From positions 310,001 to 374,000 of the forward strand of contig NIVC01000592.1 in the NCBI GenBank assembly GCA_002269645.1: a stretch of DNA of 64,000 nt. Direction: 5' to 3'. Shown piece after piece: positions 52,501 to 64,000 of the stretch. Positions within the stretch are counted from its first letter, which is position 1; every line of letters begins with the position of its first letter. A program made the position numbers and the translations under genes. Below the pieces are notes generated by a model. That model saw only the letters and a list, made by a program, of their open reading frames with translations. It was not told the DNA's origin and made no database searches. Source of the DNA: Macrostomum lignano. Taxonomy: Eukaryota.

Positions 52501-53495
52501 AAAGGTAAGGCAATTGGGATGTCAAAGATGAGACAATTGGGATGTCAAAGGTGAGGCAATTGGGATGTCAAAGGTGAGACAATTGGGATGTCAAAGGTGA
52601 GGCAATCAGAGTGTCACAGGTGAGGCAATTGGGATGTCAAAGGTGAGGCAATTGAAGTGTCAAAGGTAAGGCAATTCGAGTGTCAAAGGTGAGGCAATTG
52701 GGATGTCAAAGATGAGACAATTGGGATGTCAAAGGTGAGGCAATTGGGATGTCAAAGGTGAGACAATTGGGATGTCAAAGGTGAGGCAATCAGAGTGTCA
52801 CAGGTGAGGCAATTGGGATGTCAAAGGTGAGACATTCAGAGTGTCAAAGGTGAGGCAATCAGAGAGTCAAAGGTGAGTCAATCAGAGTGTCACAGGTGAG
52901 GCAATCAGAGTGTCACAGGTGAGGCAATTGGAGTGTCAAAGGTGAGGCAATCAGAGTGTCACGGGTTAGGCAATTGGGATGTCAAAGGTGAGGCAATCAG
53001 GGTGTCACAGGTGAGGCAATCAGAGTGTCACAGGTGAGGCAATCAGAGTGTCAAAGGTGAGGCAATCAGAGTGTCAGGTGAGGCAATCAGAGTGTCACAG
53101 GTGAGGCAATCAGAGTGTCAAAGGTGAGGCAATCAGAGTGTCACAGGTGAGGCAATCAGAGTGTCAGGTGAGGCAATCAGAGTGTCACAGGTGAGGCAAT
53201 CAGAGTGTCAAAGGTGAGGCAATCAGAGTGTCAAAGGTGAGGCAATCAGAGTGTCACAGGTGAGGCAATCAGAGTGTCAAAGGTGAGGCAATCAGAGTGT
53301 CACAGGTGAGGCAATCAGAGTGTCAGGTGAGGCAATCAGAGTGTCACAGGTGAGGCAATCAGAGTGTCAAAGGTGAGGCAATCAGAGTGTCACAGGTGAG
53401 GCAATCAGAGTGTCAAAGGTGAGGCAATCGGAGTGTCAAAGGTGAAGCAATCAGAGAGTCAAAAGTGAAGCAATCAAAGTGTCACAGGTGAGGCC
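49550..53495. repeat. ~21-bp satellite (GTCAAAGGTGAGGCAATTGGGAT) with a 1696-bp higher-order duplication
   Basis: Rare variants recur at a 1696-bp offset (ACGGGTT 51265/52961; GAGACATT 51133/52829). Confidence 0.95.
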
Positions 53496-54184
53496 ATGTT
53501 CGAATTGGGTGGGATATTTCGGAATGACGAGGCGCTTCCTCAGCGGGAAACTGAAACTGGGATGGCGGATCCCTCAATGGGACACTCGCAGCTCAACCCC
53601 CGTCCCATCGGGAGTTGCTCAGCAGGCGACGGTCTCGAGCAGCTGAGTCCGCAAGCTGGCTGAGACGCCCGAAGGCGGCACGGTCCAAATCCGCTACAGG
53701 CAAGCCGCAGGCGATACGAGAATGCATGGCCGCTGAAAGCACCTGTCCAGTTGGCGTGTCGTTGGCGGGATATCCAGCGGATTTGTCGGCAAAGAACTGC
53801 TGATTTGCAAGAAGAGTAATTCCATACCAAGTCTAGATTGTGTACCGCCCGGCAGTTCAAGTGCTCAGCCGAAAATGAGTTTCTGTTTCCCCATGGGTCT
53901 CTTAAGTGAAATATCCTGCTTAGAATGGAAAGATATCATTTTTTGAGAAGGAAACCTGGAAAGCAGGGCGAACTCAGATACTCCAAGTGGATGGCAAGGC
54001 TTAAAATTTGCATAAAAGGCCAGTTTGAATGGACCCGGGCACTATGGCGGCTTGTAGCAGAAATGTTCTTTATGAAGGGAAAATGCGGGAAATTGGCTGG
54101 GCAGGAAAAGGTGGAAAATTGACAAAAACTGGAGAGAGGACTGCAGACGGGTGAAGGGGTGTGGAATGAATCAACTTGGACGGA

Positions 54185-54570
54185 AACAAATACTATGAGG
54201 AATAAAGTTGAGATGGAGCGAAAAAAGGGCGGAGAACAGGAAGAGAGAGAGGAGAGAAGGAGGGGAGGGAGAGAGGGAGAGAGGGAGAGAAGGAGGGGAG
54301 GGAGAGAGGGAGAGAAGAGAGGGAGAGAGAGAGAGAAGGAGAGATGAAGAGGAGAGAAAAAGAAAAGAGAGGGACAGAGGGAGAGAAGGAGAGATGGAGA
54401 GGAGAGAAGGAGAGAAGAGAGGGAGAGAGGGAGAGAAGGAGAGATTGAGAGGAGAGAAGGCGAGAAGAGAGGGAGAGAGGGAGAGAAGGAGAGATGGAGA
54501 GGAGAGAAGGAGAGAAGAGAGGGAGAGAGGGGAGAAGGAATGGTGAGAGAGAGAGAGAGGGAGTGCGGAG
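54185..54570. repeat. GA-rich low-complexity repeat
   Basis: GAGAGGGAGAGAAGGA-type units. Confidence 0.9.
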
Positions 54571-55129
54571 AGGTGACACGTCAGAGTGCTAGGAATGAGA
54601 AACACAGGGACAGGTAAAGTCAGCAGAGATGTGGAAGCAGTTTAGAGGGTCAGAGTCCGTCCTCAGGCAGTCAGCAAACAAAAGCAGCAGCAGCAGCAGC
54701 TCTCATGACGCACTCGCCTTGACCAAGTTGGCTGAGTGACACTGAATTGGTTGGCAGTTTTCTCTCGCGCTTTCAGAGCCGCATTTTACATGGCTGAATC
54801 CGAGCCAGTGGCTGAGTCGCTCAACGCGACTTCCCCACCAACGGTCCTCGAAGTAAAACTAATTCTCAGGGTTTTTCGCTCCACGTTCAAAGCCGAAGCA
54901 TGCCGAAGTACTTGATGTCTGGGATTTTGTTAACAAAAATGCTTTATCACAGTTTCCAATGTCCTGTCTGGAGACAAGATTCTCAGACATCAAGTGTTTG
55001 AGTCTGCAGTTACTGATGCGAACAGATGCTTTAAAAAAGATTCAGTAAAGCCTTTTAAGGTTCAGTCCTAAGCTGCCTCCACCACGGCTTCCCCCTTCTT
55101 CCCTCTCCCCTCACCCTCTCTCCCCCACC

Positions 55130-56778
55130 CTCTCTTCCCTCTCCCACAGCTCCCTCTCCCACAGCTCCCTCTCCCACAGCTCCCTCTCCCACAGCTCCCT
55201 CTCCCACAGCTCCCTCTCCCACAGCTCCCTCTCCCACAGCTCCCTCTCCCACAGCTCCCTCTCCCACAGCTCCTCTCCCACAGCTCCCTCTCCTACAGCT
55301 CCCTCTCCCACAGCTCCCTCTCCCACAGCTCCCTCTCCCACAGCTCCCTCTCCCACAGCTCCCTCTCCCACAGCTCCCTCTCCCACAGCTCCCTCTCCCA
55401 CAGCTCCCTCTCCCACAGCTCCCTCTCCCACAGCTCCCTCTCCCACAGCTCCCTCTCCCACAGCTCCCTCTCCCACAGCTCCCTCTCCCACAGCTCCCTC
55501 TCCCACAGCTCCCTCTCCCACAGCTCCCTCTCCCACAGCTCCCTCTCCCACAGCTCCCTCTCCCACAGCTCCCTCTCCCACAGCTCCCTCTCCCACAGCT
55601 CCCTCTCCCACAGCTCCCTCTCCCACAGCTCCCTCTCCCACAGCTCCCTCTCCCACAGCTCCCTCTCCCACAGCTCCCTCTCCCACAGCTCCCTCTCCCA
55701 CAGCTCCCTCTCCCACAGCTCCCTCTCCCACAGCTCCCTCTCCCACAGCTCCCTCTCCCACAGCTCCCTCTCCCACAGCTCCCTCTCCCACAGCTCCCTC
55801 TCCCACAGCTCCCTCTCCCACAGCTCCCTCTCCCACAGCTCCCTCTCCCACAGCTCCCTCTCCCACAGCTCCCTCTCCCACAGCTCCCTCTCCCACAGCT
55901 CCCTCTCCCACAGCTCCCTCTCCCACAGCTCCCTCTCCCACAGCTCCCTCTCCCACAGCTCCCTCTCCCACAGCTCCCTCTCCCACAGCTCCCTCTCCCA
56001 CAGCTCCCTCTCCCACAGCTCCCTCTCCCACAGCTCCCTCTCCCACAGCTCCCTCTCCCACAGCTCCCTCTCCCACAGCTCCCTCTCCCACAGCTCCCTC
56101 TCCCACAGCTCCCTCTCCCACAGCTCCCTCTCCCACAGCTCCCTCTCCCACAGCTCCTCTCCCACAGCTCCCTCTCCCACAGCTCCCTCTCCCACAGCTC
56201 CCTCTCCACAGCTCCCTCTCCCACAGCTCCCTCTCCCACAGCTCCCTCTCCCACAGCTCCCTCTCCCACAGCTCCCTCTCCCACAGCTCCCTCTCCCACA
56301 GCTCCCTCTCCCACAGCTCCCTCTCCCACAGCTCCCTCTCCCACAGCTCCCTCTCCCACAGCTCCCTCTCCCACAGCTCCCTCTCCCACAGCTCCCTCTC
56401 CCACAGCTCCCTCTCCCACAGCTCCCTCTCCCACAGCTCCCTCTCCCACAGCTCCCTCTCCCACAGCTCCCTCTCCCACAGCTCCCTCTCCCACAGCTCC
56501 CTCTCCCACAGCTCCCTCTCCCACAGCTCCCTCTCCCACAGCTCCCTCTCCCACAGCTCCCTCTCCCACAGCTCCCTCTCCCACAGCTCCCTCTCCCACA
56601 GCTCCCTCTCCCACAGCTCCCTCTCCCACAGCTCCCTCTCCCACAGCTCCCTCTCCCACAGCTCCCTCTCCCACAGCTCCCTCTCCTACAGCTCCCTCTC
56701 CCACAGCTCCCTCTCCCACAGCTCCCTCTCCCACAGCTCCCTCTCCCACAGCTCCCTCTCCCACAGCTCCCTCTCCTA
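55130..56778. repeat. 15-bp satellite CTCCCACAGCTCCCT, ~110 near-identical copies
   Basis: Highly homogeneous, with a few 1-nt deletions. Confidence 0.97.
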
Positions 56779-57189
56779 CTGCCAACATGAATAAACTGAT
56801 CCCCTCATATGCCTCCCCCACTGCCTCATTGAGCTGCAAAGCTGATCGCCAACTTTTATAGAAACAATGTCAATTCAAACCCAAAAGCTACAGGCCCAAA
56901 GGATTTTAATCCCCTCATGCAGGGGTGGGGGGAGAAACTCCACCAGCAGTCAGTCACCTGCGGCAATACACTATATGCAGCAGCAATAATGCCGGTATAT
57001 CCCGCTTAGCCTGAAATGCTTTCTTTGTTAACAAATGATTTATTTTTTTACTGTCTGAGTCACCCGCCGCCGCCAGCGCCGAAGCTCACATTGGACAATT
57101 GATTTTCCAGCTGCGATAAGTCTCAAATTATTGAAAGCTGCAAAACTGCCGCAGTTTACGATGCCAGTTTTGGTCCGGAGTTGAGGCCC

Positions 57190-58470
57190 CTGGGCAGCGG
57201 CATACCGACACTATAGGCATGTCTCTACAGCACTGGGCAGCGGCATACCGACACTATAGGCATGTCTCTACAGCACTGGGCAGCGGCATACCGACACTAT
57301 AGGCATGTCTCTACAGCACTGGGCAGCGGCATACCGACACTATAGGCATGTCTCTACAGCACTGGGCAGCGGCATACCGACACTATAGGCATGTCTCTAC
57401 AGCACTGGGCAGCGGCATACCGACACTATAGGCATGTCTCTACAGCACTGGGCAGCGGCATACCGACACTATAGGCATGTCTCTACAGCACTGGGCAGCG
57501 GCATACCGACACTATAGGCATGTCTCTACAGCACTGGGCAGCGGCATACCGACACTATAGGCATGTCTCTACAGCACTGGGCAGCGGCATACCGACACTA
57601 TAGGCATGTCTCTACAGCACTGGGCAGCGGCATACCGACACTATAGGCATGTCTCTACAGCACTGGGCAGCGGCATACCGACACTATAGACACACGACTT
57701 TACAGCACTGGGCAGCAGCATACCGACACTATAGACACACGACTTTACAGCACTGGGCAGCTGCATACCGACACTATAGACACACGACTTTACAGCACTG
57801 GGCAGCTGCATACCGACGCTATAGACACACGACTTTACAGCACTGGGCAGCGGCATACCGACACTATAGGCATGTCTCTACAGCACTGGGCAGCGGCATA
57901 CCGACACTATAGGCATGTCTCTACAGCACTGGGCAGCGGCATACCGACACTATAGGCATGTCTCTACAGCACTGGGCAGCGGCATACCGACACTATAGGC
58001 ATGTCTCTACAGCACTGGGCAGCGGCATACCGACACTATAGGCATGTCTCTACAGCACTGGGCAGCGGCATACCGACACTATAGGCATGTCTCTACAGCA
58101 CTGGGCAGCGGCATACCGACACTATAGACACACGACTTTACAGCACTGGGCAGCAGCATACCGACACTATAGACACACGACTTTACAGCACTGGGCAGCT
58201 GCATACCGACACTATAGACACACGACTTTACAGCACTGGGCAGCTGCATACCGACGCTATAGACACACGACTTTACAGCACTGTGCAGCTGCATACCGAC
58301 GCTATAGACATGTCTCTACAGCACTGTGCAGCTGCATACCGACGCTATAGACATGTCTCTACAGCACTGTGCAGCTGCATACCGACGCTATAGACATGTC
58401 TCTACAGCACTGTGCAGCTGCATACCGACGCTATAGACATGTCTCTACAGCACTGGGCAGCGGCATACCG
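57190..58470. repeat. 43/45-bp minisatellite (CTGGGCAGCGGCATACCGACACTATAGGCATGTCTCTACAGCA) with a 438-bp higher-order repeat
   Basis: The variant block at 57641-57912 recurs at 58079-58350. Confidence 0.95.
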
Positions 58471-59899
58471 AACCCTAGTCAGGCAGCTGCCTCAGCACAG
58501 CACTAGACACCAGCCAACCCTTACGCAGACACCTCGAGACCATTTAAAGTCATTAAGTGCAATCTCGAGGCTCAGGTCAGCCGTCTAAAGCCCGTATTTG
58601 GCGTGGAAATACAAAAGGTTGGCCGGCTTTCTGAGCCTGCCGCAAGGCGTGACCTGCCGGACACAGAGTAGAATTAGAATCATGAAGAGCTGCAGGCCGC
58701 CCAGAGCTTGGCCAATTCTGCCCGCTACAAAAGGGACTTCAACAACCCCCTCCCCTCCACCGACGGGCGCCTCCGCAGTCGTGACAGCGGAATTTCATGA
58801 AACCAAAAAGGGGGAGGAAGAAGGAGGCAAAGCCGTCACGGGAGTTGATGGACTGGGAGCTCATAAACTGATCGCCCCTTACTCACCCCTCCCCGCTGAC
58901 CGACTCTTCCATAGCTGTGGGATTAAGCCAATGCAGCATCCCTGCTGCCCCATCCAGAGTCCCTATCTCCCTGCCCAGCTAAAAAAGTAGCAAAGAAACA
59001 AGCGGGAAGGGGAGGGGCGGTTCAGAAGGAAGTTGTTTCTCCTTCGAGTTCCCAGAGATCAGCGCTGGCCCCACAGGAAGCAGGACGGGCAAGGCGGGGA
59101 AGGGGGAGAAGGCGAGCTTCACCTCTTGCTGCTGCCTCCTCAGATAATCCAATCCAACCAGTGGGAGGCGGGCCGTTGTCTCCGGGAGCTGCCTGGCTAA
59201 TCTGGCGTCTCCCGCTGCCGTCTCCCCCGCCGTCACTTAACAGCCCGCAGGTCTTGTGAGAATGGGCGGGGCCGCTGAAGTTACACAGTGTGTATGTGGG
59301 GGGCAGGAGCAGGGAAATTACAAATTAGCGGTAAAAGAGAGGCACAGCAGCAGCAGCAGCAGCTAAGAAAGCAAAGGCCGAATCGACGCTTCTAATTCCT
59401 GTGCTCAGAATATGCTCGCCCGAGCAGTCAGCAACAAAAGACAGAGAGAGAAAGGCGCGCAACGCTGTGACATTTACCGCGCAGCGCAGATCAGCTCTCT
59501 CGCAGTCCGGGGTGCTTTTTGAGCAAGTAAAATGCAGAGTAGAGAAGGGGGGAGGGCCGTGGCCTGGACTAAGGGGCAAATCACCTGCAGTCGCTACCTG
59601 AAGCTGCACTTTTCTATGTCTCATTTGCGTCATTCGTTACTGCAACAACAGCAGCGGCCTCGGAAAAAAGTTCCCGGGCAGGGCACGGCAGAAATGCTCG
59701 CATCCCAGAGGCTGGTTGACACTCAGCAGCTGCATCGCCATTGGTCCGCGCCGAGCAGTGGCGGATTAGCCTGAGCCCCTGAGTCCCTCAGACTTCAGCG
59801 GGCTCCCCTAGAGCTGATAAAGCGTAGAAATCCGACCCCACTCACCGACTCCCTTCATCCGATATCCGGACACTGCAGAACTGCCTTTGGCTGCAGGCA

Positions 59900-60115
59900 A
59901 CTCGGACAAACGGCTAAACAGACTCAGATAACAGGCTAAACAGACTCGGACAACAGGCTAAACAGACTCGGACAACAGGCTAAACAGACTCGGACAACAG
60001 GCTAAACAGACTCGGATAACAGACTAAACCGACTCGGACAACAGGTTAAACAGACTCGGACAACAGGCTAAACAGACTCGGACAACAGGTTAAACAGACT
60101 CGAACAACAGCAAGA
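59900..60115. repeat. 22-bp minisatellite AGACTCGGACAACAGGCTAAAC abutting the GPCR2 start
   Basis: About 9 copies ending a few nt before the ATG at 60121. Confidence 0.9.
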
Positions 60116-60120
60116 ACAGA

Positions 60121-61329
60121 ATGGATTCGAACGCCTCCTCTCACAGGGACAGTCAACAGGATTCGCTGTACCGCAGCCTCCTGCTGCCATCGTACGCCGT
60201 CAGCCTGACTGTGTCGCTGATCTCGCTGATCTCGCTGGTGTTCACACTATGGATTTTTGTACGCCGTCGGGACGCCACGGCCGGCGCCCGCGGCATGGTG
60301 CTGCTGATCGCCACCGACACCTTCGCCTCCATGGTGCTGGTCAGCGTCCACGTCATCAGCATTAGCGAGGTCGCCAACGTGACGATCGCCAGCACATCGG
60401 CCTGGCGGAGCTTCGCCGACATCCAGTTCACCGCCACCAACGCCAGCCTGCTGCTCCGGAACTGGTGGGTGGCCTTCCTCACGCTCGCCCGCCTCATCGT
60501 CATTCTGTTCCCGCTGCACGTCACCGAGATTCTCACCCGCCGACGCCAGGTGGTCGCCTTCGTGATCATCCTGATTGCCTCGGTGGCGATCAGCGGCGCC
60601 AGGTACGCCGAGGAGAAGGCCTGCGCCGACTCTGCCGTCGCCTCTTACGACGCTGCCGCGCCCGCCGATCCGGCCAAGGCCATCGTGGCCAGCACCACCT
60701 CCTGCGAGAGCTTCGTGATCTTCTTCTTCGTGATGCAGACGGGCCTGCCTGTGCCCGTGGTGCTCGTCATCTCCGTGGTGCTCGCCGTGCACCTCTGCTC
60801 GGCGCCTCCGACCAGCGTCACCGAGGAGGCCGCCGCGCCATCTGCCGCTGCCCGGGCGTCCGGCGCCGCCAGGTCCTCGGTGTCGCCGCCGTCCCGACCG
60901 CAGCTGATGAAGCGTCGGGCAACGCGCATCCTGCTGGTGCTGGCGGCGACCTTCACGGTGCTGGAGGTGCCCACCCTGGCGTGCTCCATGTGCCTGTACA
61001 CCCTGCCCAGCTTCAGGGCCTCGGAGCTCAGCCGCCTGCTGGTCTCGCTGTCCAACTGCCTGGTGACGCTGGACACCCTGGCCAACTTCTTCGTGTTCTT
61101 CGTGTTCTCCAAGTCCTTCAAGGTGGAGGTGAAGCGCTGCCTCTGCCATCGGCTGCAGGACGGCGGAGTCGGCGGCCAGCCGAGCTCGCAGCGGCGCTGG
61201 CAGCAGCAGCAGCAGCAGCAGGCGTTGCTGTTGCACAGGCGCGGCACCAGCGAGCGGCGGCGACAGCCCGGCGGCACCGTGATGGAGGCGATGGCCGAGG
61301 ACTCCGGGGCGGAGCTGAGCAAGCTGTAG
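60121..61329 (+). CDS. Rhodopsin-class orphan GPCR, Srw/FMRFamide-receptor/PROF-like (402 aa, intronless)
   Basis: Seven hydrophobic segments; TM3 NWWVAFLTLARLIVILFPL, TM5 QTGLP, TM6 RATRILL...F.VLEVP, TM7 LDTLANFFVFFVFSKSFK; AATAAA at 61392. Confidence 0.9.
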   Translation: MDSNASSHRDSQQDSLYRSLLLPSYAVSLTVSLISLISLVFTLWIFVRRRDATAGARGMVLLIATDTFASMVLVSVHVISISEVANVTIASTSAWRSFADIQFTATNASLLLRNWWVAFLTLARLIVILFPLHVTEILTRRRQVVAFVIILIASVAISGARYAEEKACADSAVASYDAAAPADPAKAIVASTTSCESFVIFFFVMQTGLPVPVVLVISVVLAVHLCSAPPTSVTEEAAAPSAAARASGAARSSVSPPSRPQLMKRRATRILLVLAATFTVLEVPTLACSMCLYTLPSFRASELSRLLVSLSNCLVTLDTLANFFVFFVFSKSFKVEVKRCLCHRLQDGGVGGQPSSQRRWQQQQQQQALLLHRRGTSERRRQPGGTVMEAMAEDSGAELSKL

Positions 61330-62639
61330 CTGAGCTGGCGCCATCTCGACTCCACTGAGCACCCTCGATGCACTCTGAGCTGACAGCTCTCAATAAACAA
61401 TTCGTGTTTGCACTGCAGTTCCCCGCTTTCAGCCCCTGAGCTGAGGAGTTCCTTCAGCCAGTTTTTTATCCTGACACAAATCGCTTGGCTCGTCTTAATG
61501 AAACTTTTTAAAAACTTCGCCGAATTGCACGGCCGTCTCTCTTGTGTTGTGGGCAAGCTAAGCACTGTTTATCAAGTCAACTATAAGTACAAATCAACGC
61601 TGCTTGTAGAAATTATTTACATTTTTGTCTGCTGCTTTTTTTATTTGTAATGTGCGGCAACATCGACAACGGGCCGACTTTATCGTCGCTCGTCAGGCAC
61701 GGGGGGGCGGTGGGTGCCAACGCAAGTCAAGGCGAGAGCCGGCCCGCAGCCAGCTCAAGGATGTGGGCAGTCGTGCTCAGTCCGCTGAACCCTGAGAACG
61801 CGCACGCACTTGCACAGGGTGTATGGAGCGGCCTGGAACTGGTGGCAACGGGCTCCAAATCAACGTGCCTGCAGCGCACAGAATCGAACCTGAAGGCATG
61901 TTGGAGCGAGAATCATGCAGATATCATGCAGTACTCGCACTTCTATCCCGTGGCTTGTGGCTGCACCTCGAGGGCCTCACCGACGAGTCATCGGCTGCGC
62001 TACGCCCTTGGGCGTGCACTACCCCGACAGGTTGCCGTCCAGAGACCCGATGGCCCGCGCTGGCACACCAGACGTGAGCGGCACCCGTGCGCCGGCGCTG
62101 CCAGATGCCTCCGGAGTCACGGCTGGCCCTTGCGTGTGTCTATCAGGACTATCAGTACAGGACCGCAGAGACAGCAACAGCTGGCAATGTAATTATTCTC
62201 AGTTAAAGCCTGAGAATGAGCGACTGAGCAGAGCTTGAGTGGGGACTGGAAAGATGCCATGCATGTATCGAGGATTATTTCCGTATGAGTACAAATATTT
62301 CATTTTAATTTTTCAATTTCTGCCAAAAATTCTCAATTTTTCTAAACTGTTTTGTAATCGCTCACTTTTTTTTAGAAAAGACGGCTTCTTAACAGGTAAT
62401 TATGCAAAACTGCAGATGCCCAGTGTGCAGCCAATTCATCCAAATCATCGCTCTCAAGTCAAGTATTTTTAAAAGGCCTACTAAAATAACATGCTACTGA
62501 ATGTAAGTGCACCGATCAGACTCCCACATGAGCAATTTGCAGCTTAACAGTACGGATGACAAGCCATTTTTCCGCCCGTCGAAGGGGAAGAGATTACCCC
62601 CTGCCATTTTCGCTTACGCTAGAAAGGCTCGAGCAACGT

Positions 62640-62865
62640 CCCATCTAATGACCGAATCGAAGCCCCTCTAATGACTTAATTTAAGCCCATCTAATAACCG
62701 AATCTAAGCCATTCTAATGACCGAATCTAAACCCCTGTAATGACCGAATCTAAAACCCTCTAATGCCCGAATCTAAGCCCTTCTAATGACCGAATCTAAG
62801 CCCTTTCAATGACCGAATCTAAGCCCTTTAAATGATTGAATCTAAGCCCCTCTAATGACCGAATC
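62640..62865. repeat. Degenerate ~24-bp minisatellite (CTAATGACCGAATCTAAGCCC)
   Basis: About 9 diverged copies. Confidence 0.85.
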
Positions 62866-63714
62866 TCGGCTTAAAAAATCCATGCAAAGACCGCATTTTA
62901 AACTTGTACATAACCCCATAATCTAATCTTGTACGAGCTAGCTGGAACCGGATAAGCCCTTGCCTGTCCCTATAATAACCCAAGCACACTGATTAGTGCT
63001 CTATAAATATCAGACCTCACAATGAAGCACCTAATTAATGGCACGCACAGCTAAAGTAGCTGTAAAAAAGTGACGCCTATTTGAAACTGAATTTTATAAC
63101 AATACTAATAGTAATAATCCTCGACAAGACTCTAAAAATGAATACCAACGCAAGGTGCAGCTGAAGCTCAGGAAGCCGAGCTCGACAAGAGGAACTGCAC
63201 TAGACTGCGTGCCACACTGGATTCGTACAGTTCATGAGATCGCAGCATACCCGTACTAATAGTAACAACCAACACTCAGCCCCGCCGCCCACAGCTGACT
63301 TGGCCAGTCAGAAAATAACTTGCAATTAATGTCACTAATAAGCCCATGGAGTGCATAGCTCGTACTGTTCCGTACTATAATGCCACTTCCTTCGCTTTGT
63401 GCACTCGAAGCCCCTCGCCTCCCCGACACGCTTAACTTAAAGTAGGAACTTTACTTGAAATCTCTTTGAACAGTCTGGCTATTCCACATCTTGCGCCGTT
63501 GCTTTTGGAAAAGGTCAACGAGATTCTTCTTTCTACGAATATAATTCTAAGCAGAGTAAACTTGCACTCGCTCCGCTTTCCAGTGCCAATAATTCAATGG
63601 CGTGTCAGCTTTTTAGATGAAAAAGTTTTTCTGTTGCTGTATATACTACTTAGTAATGTAGGCAAATTAACTCTGAGTATTTTCTCGTTTAGTTTCATCC
63701 AGTCGTTACATGTA

Positions 63715-64000
63715 GTGCGGATGTCAGCTACTGACAGCAATTGTCAGTGCGGATGTCAGCTACTGACAGCAATTGTCAGTGCGGATGTAAGCTACTGACA
63801 GCAATTGTCAATGCGGATGTCAGCTACTGACAGCAATTGTCAGTGTGGATGTCAGCTACTGACAGCAATTGTCAGTGCGGATGTCAGCTACTGTCGGTAA
63901 GTGTCTGTGCGGATGTCAGCTACTGACAGCAATTGTCAGTGCGGATGTCAGCTACTGACAGCAATTGTCAGTGCGGATGTCAGCTACTGACAGCAATTGT
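63715..64000. repeat. 32-bp minisatellite GCGGATGTCAGCTACTGACAGCAATTGTCAGT (runs off the window end)
   Basis: About 9 copies; the unit is built from alternating TGTCAG/CTGACA. Confidence 0.93.

Noticed and set aside
49550-53495. TCF/LEF or nuclear-receptor site array (GTCAAAGGTGA)
   Set aside because: One mismatch from both WWCAAAG and AAAGGTCA; no supporting context.
55055-56839. 594-aa, 346-aa and 300-aa ORFs (GEGAV, ELWER, GRGSC)
   Set aside because: Satellite read-through; frame switches follow 1-nt unit deletions.
57190-58470. GACACTATAG resembling the SP6 promoter core
   Set aside because: The upstream ATTTAGGT is absent; it is part of a natural 43-bp unit, not vector.

Overview
Eukaryotic (metazoan) genomic DNA. 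GC3-rich exons, poly-Gln/Ala/Gly tracts, minisatellite-filled introns and orphan rhodopsin-type GPCRs suggest a flatworm such as Macrostomum (inference only). Genes: a 7-exon fatty acyl-CoA reductase (+, 16437-23011, 527 aa), a 2-exon KLF zinc-finger gene (-, 28289-27005, 234 aa), an uncharacterised multi-exon gene with a poly-Gly tract and a cNMP-binding-like segment (-, ~40211-35833, apparent 1-nt frameshift), two GPCRs with intronless CDS (+, 43763-44758 and 60121-61329) and a small 2-TM orphan (+, 47148-47510). Mobile DNA: a full-length LOA-type LINE (6069-11447; ORF1, then APE-RT-RNase H ORF2; TAATG overlap; 14-bp TSD), a Helitron-like insert splitting a minisatellite, a Merlin/IS1595-like relic, a Crypton/DUF3504-like fragment inside 25-bp inverted repeats next to a 96-nt hairpin, MITE/foldback elements and decayed tRNA-type SINEs. 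Roughly 40% of the window is tandem repeat (~28 arrays, nearly all with different units). The most unusual signals are minisatellites bounded by, or seeded from, splice sites; a cluster of RFX X-boxes around one GPCR; and strong TAGGCCTA enrichment in the old AT-rich DNA. Array edges are approximate and all coordinates were counted by hand.
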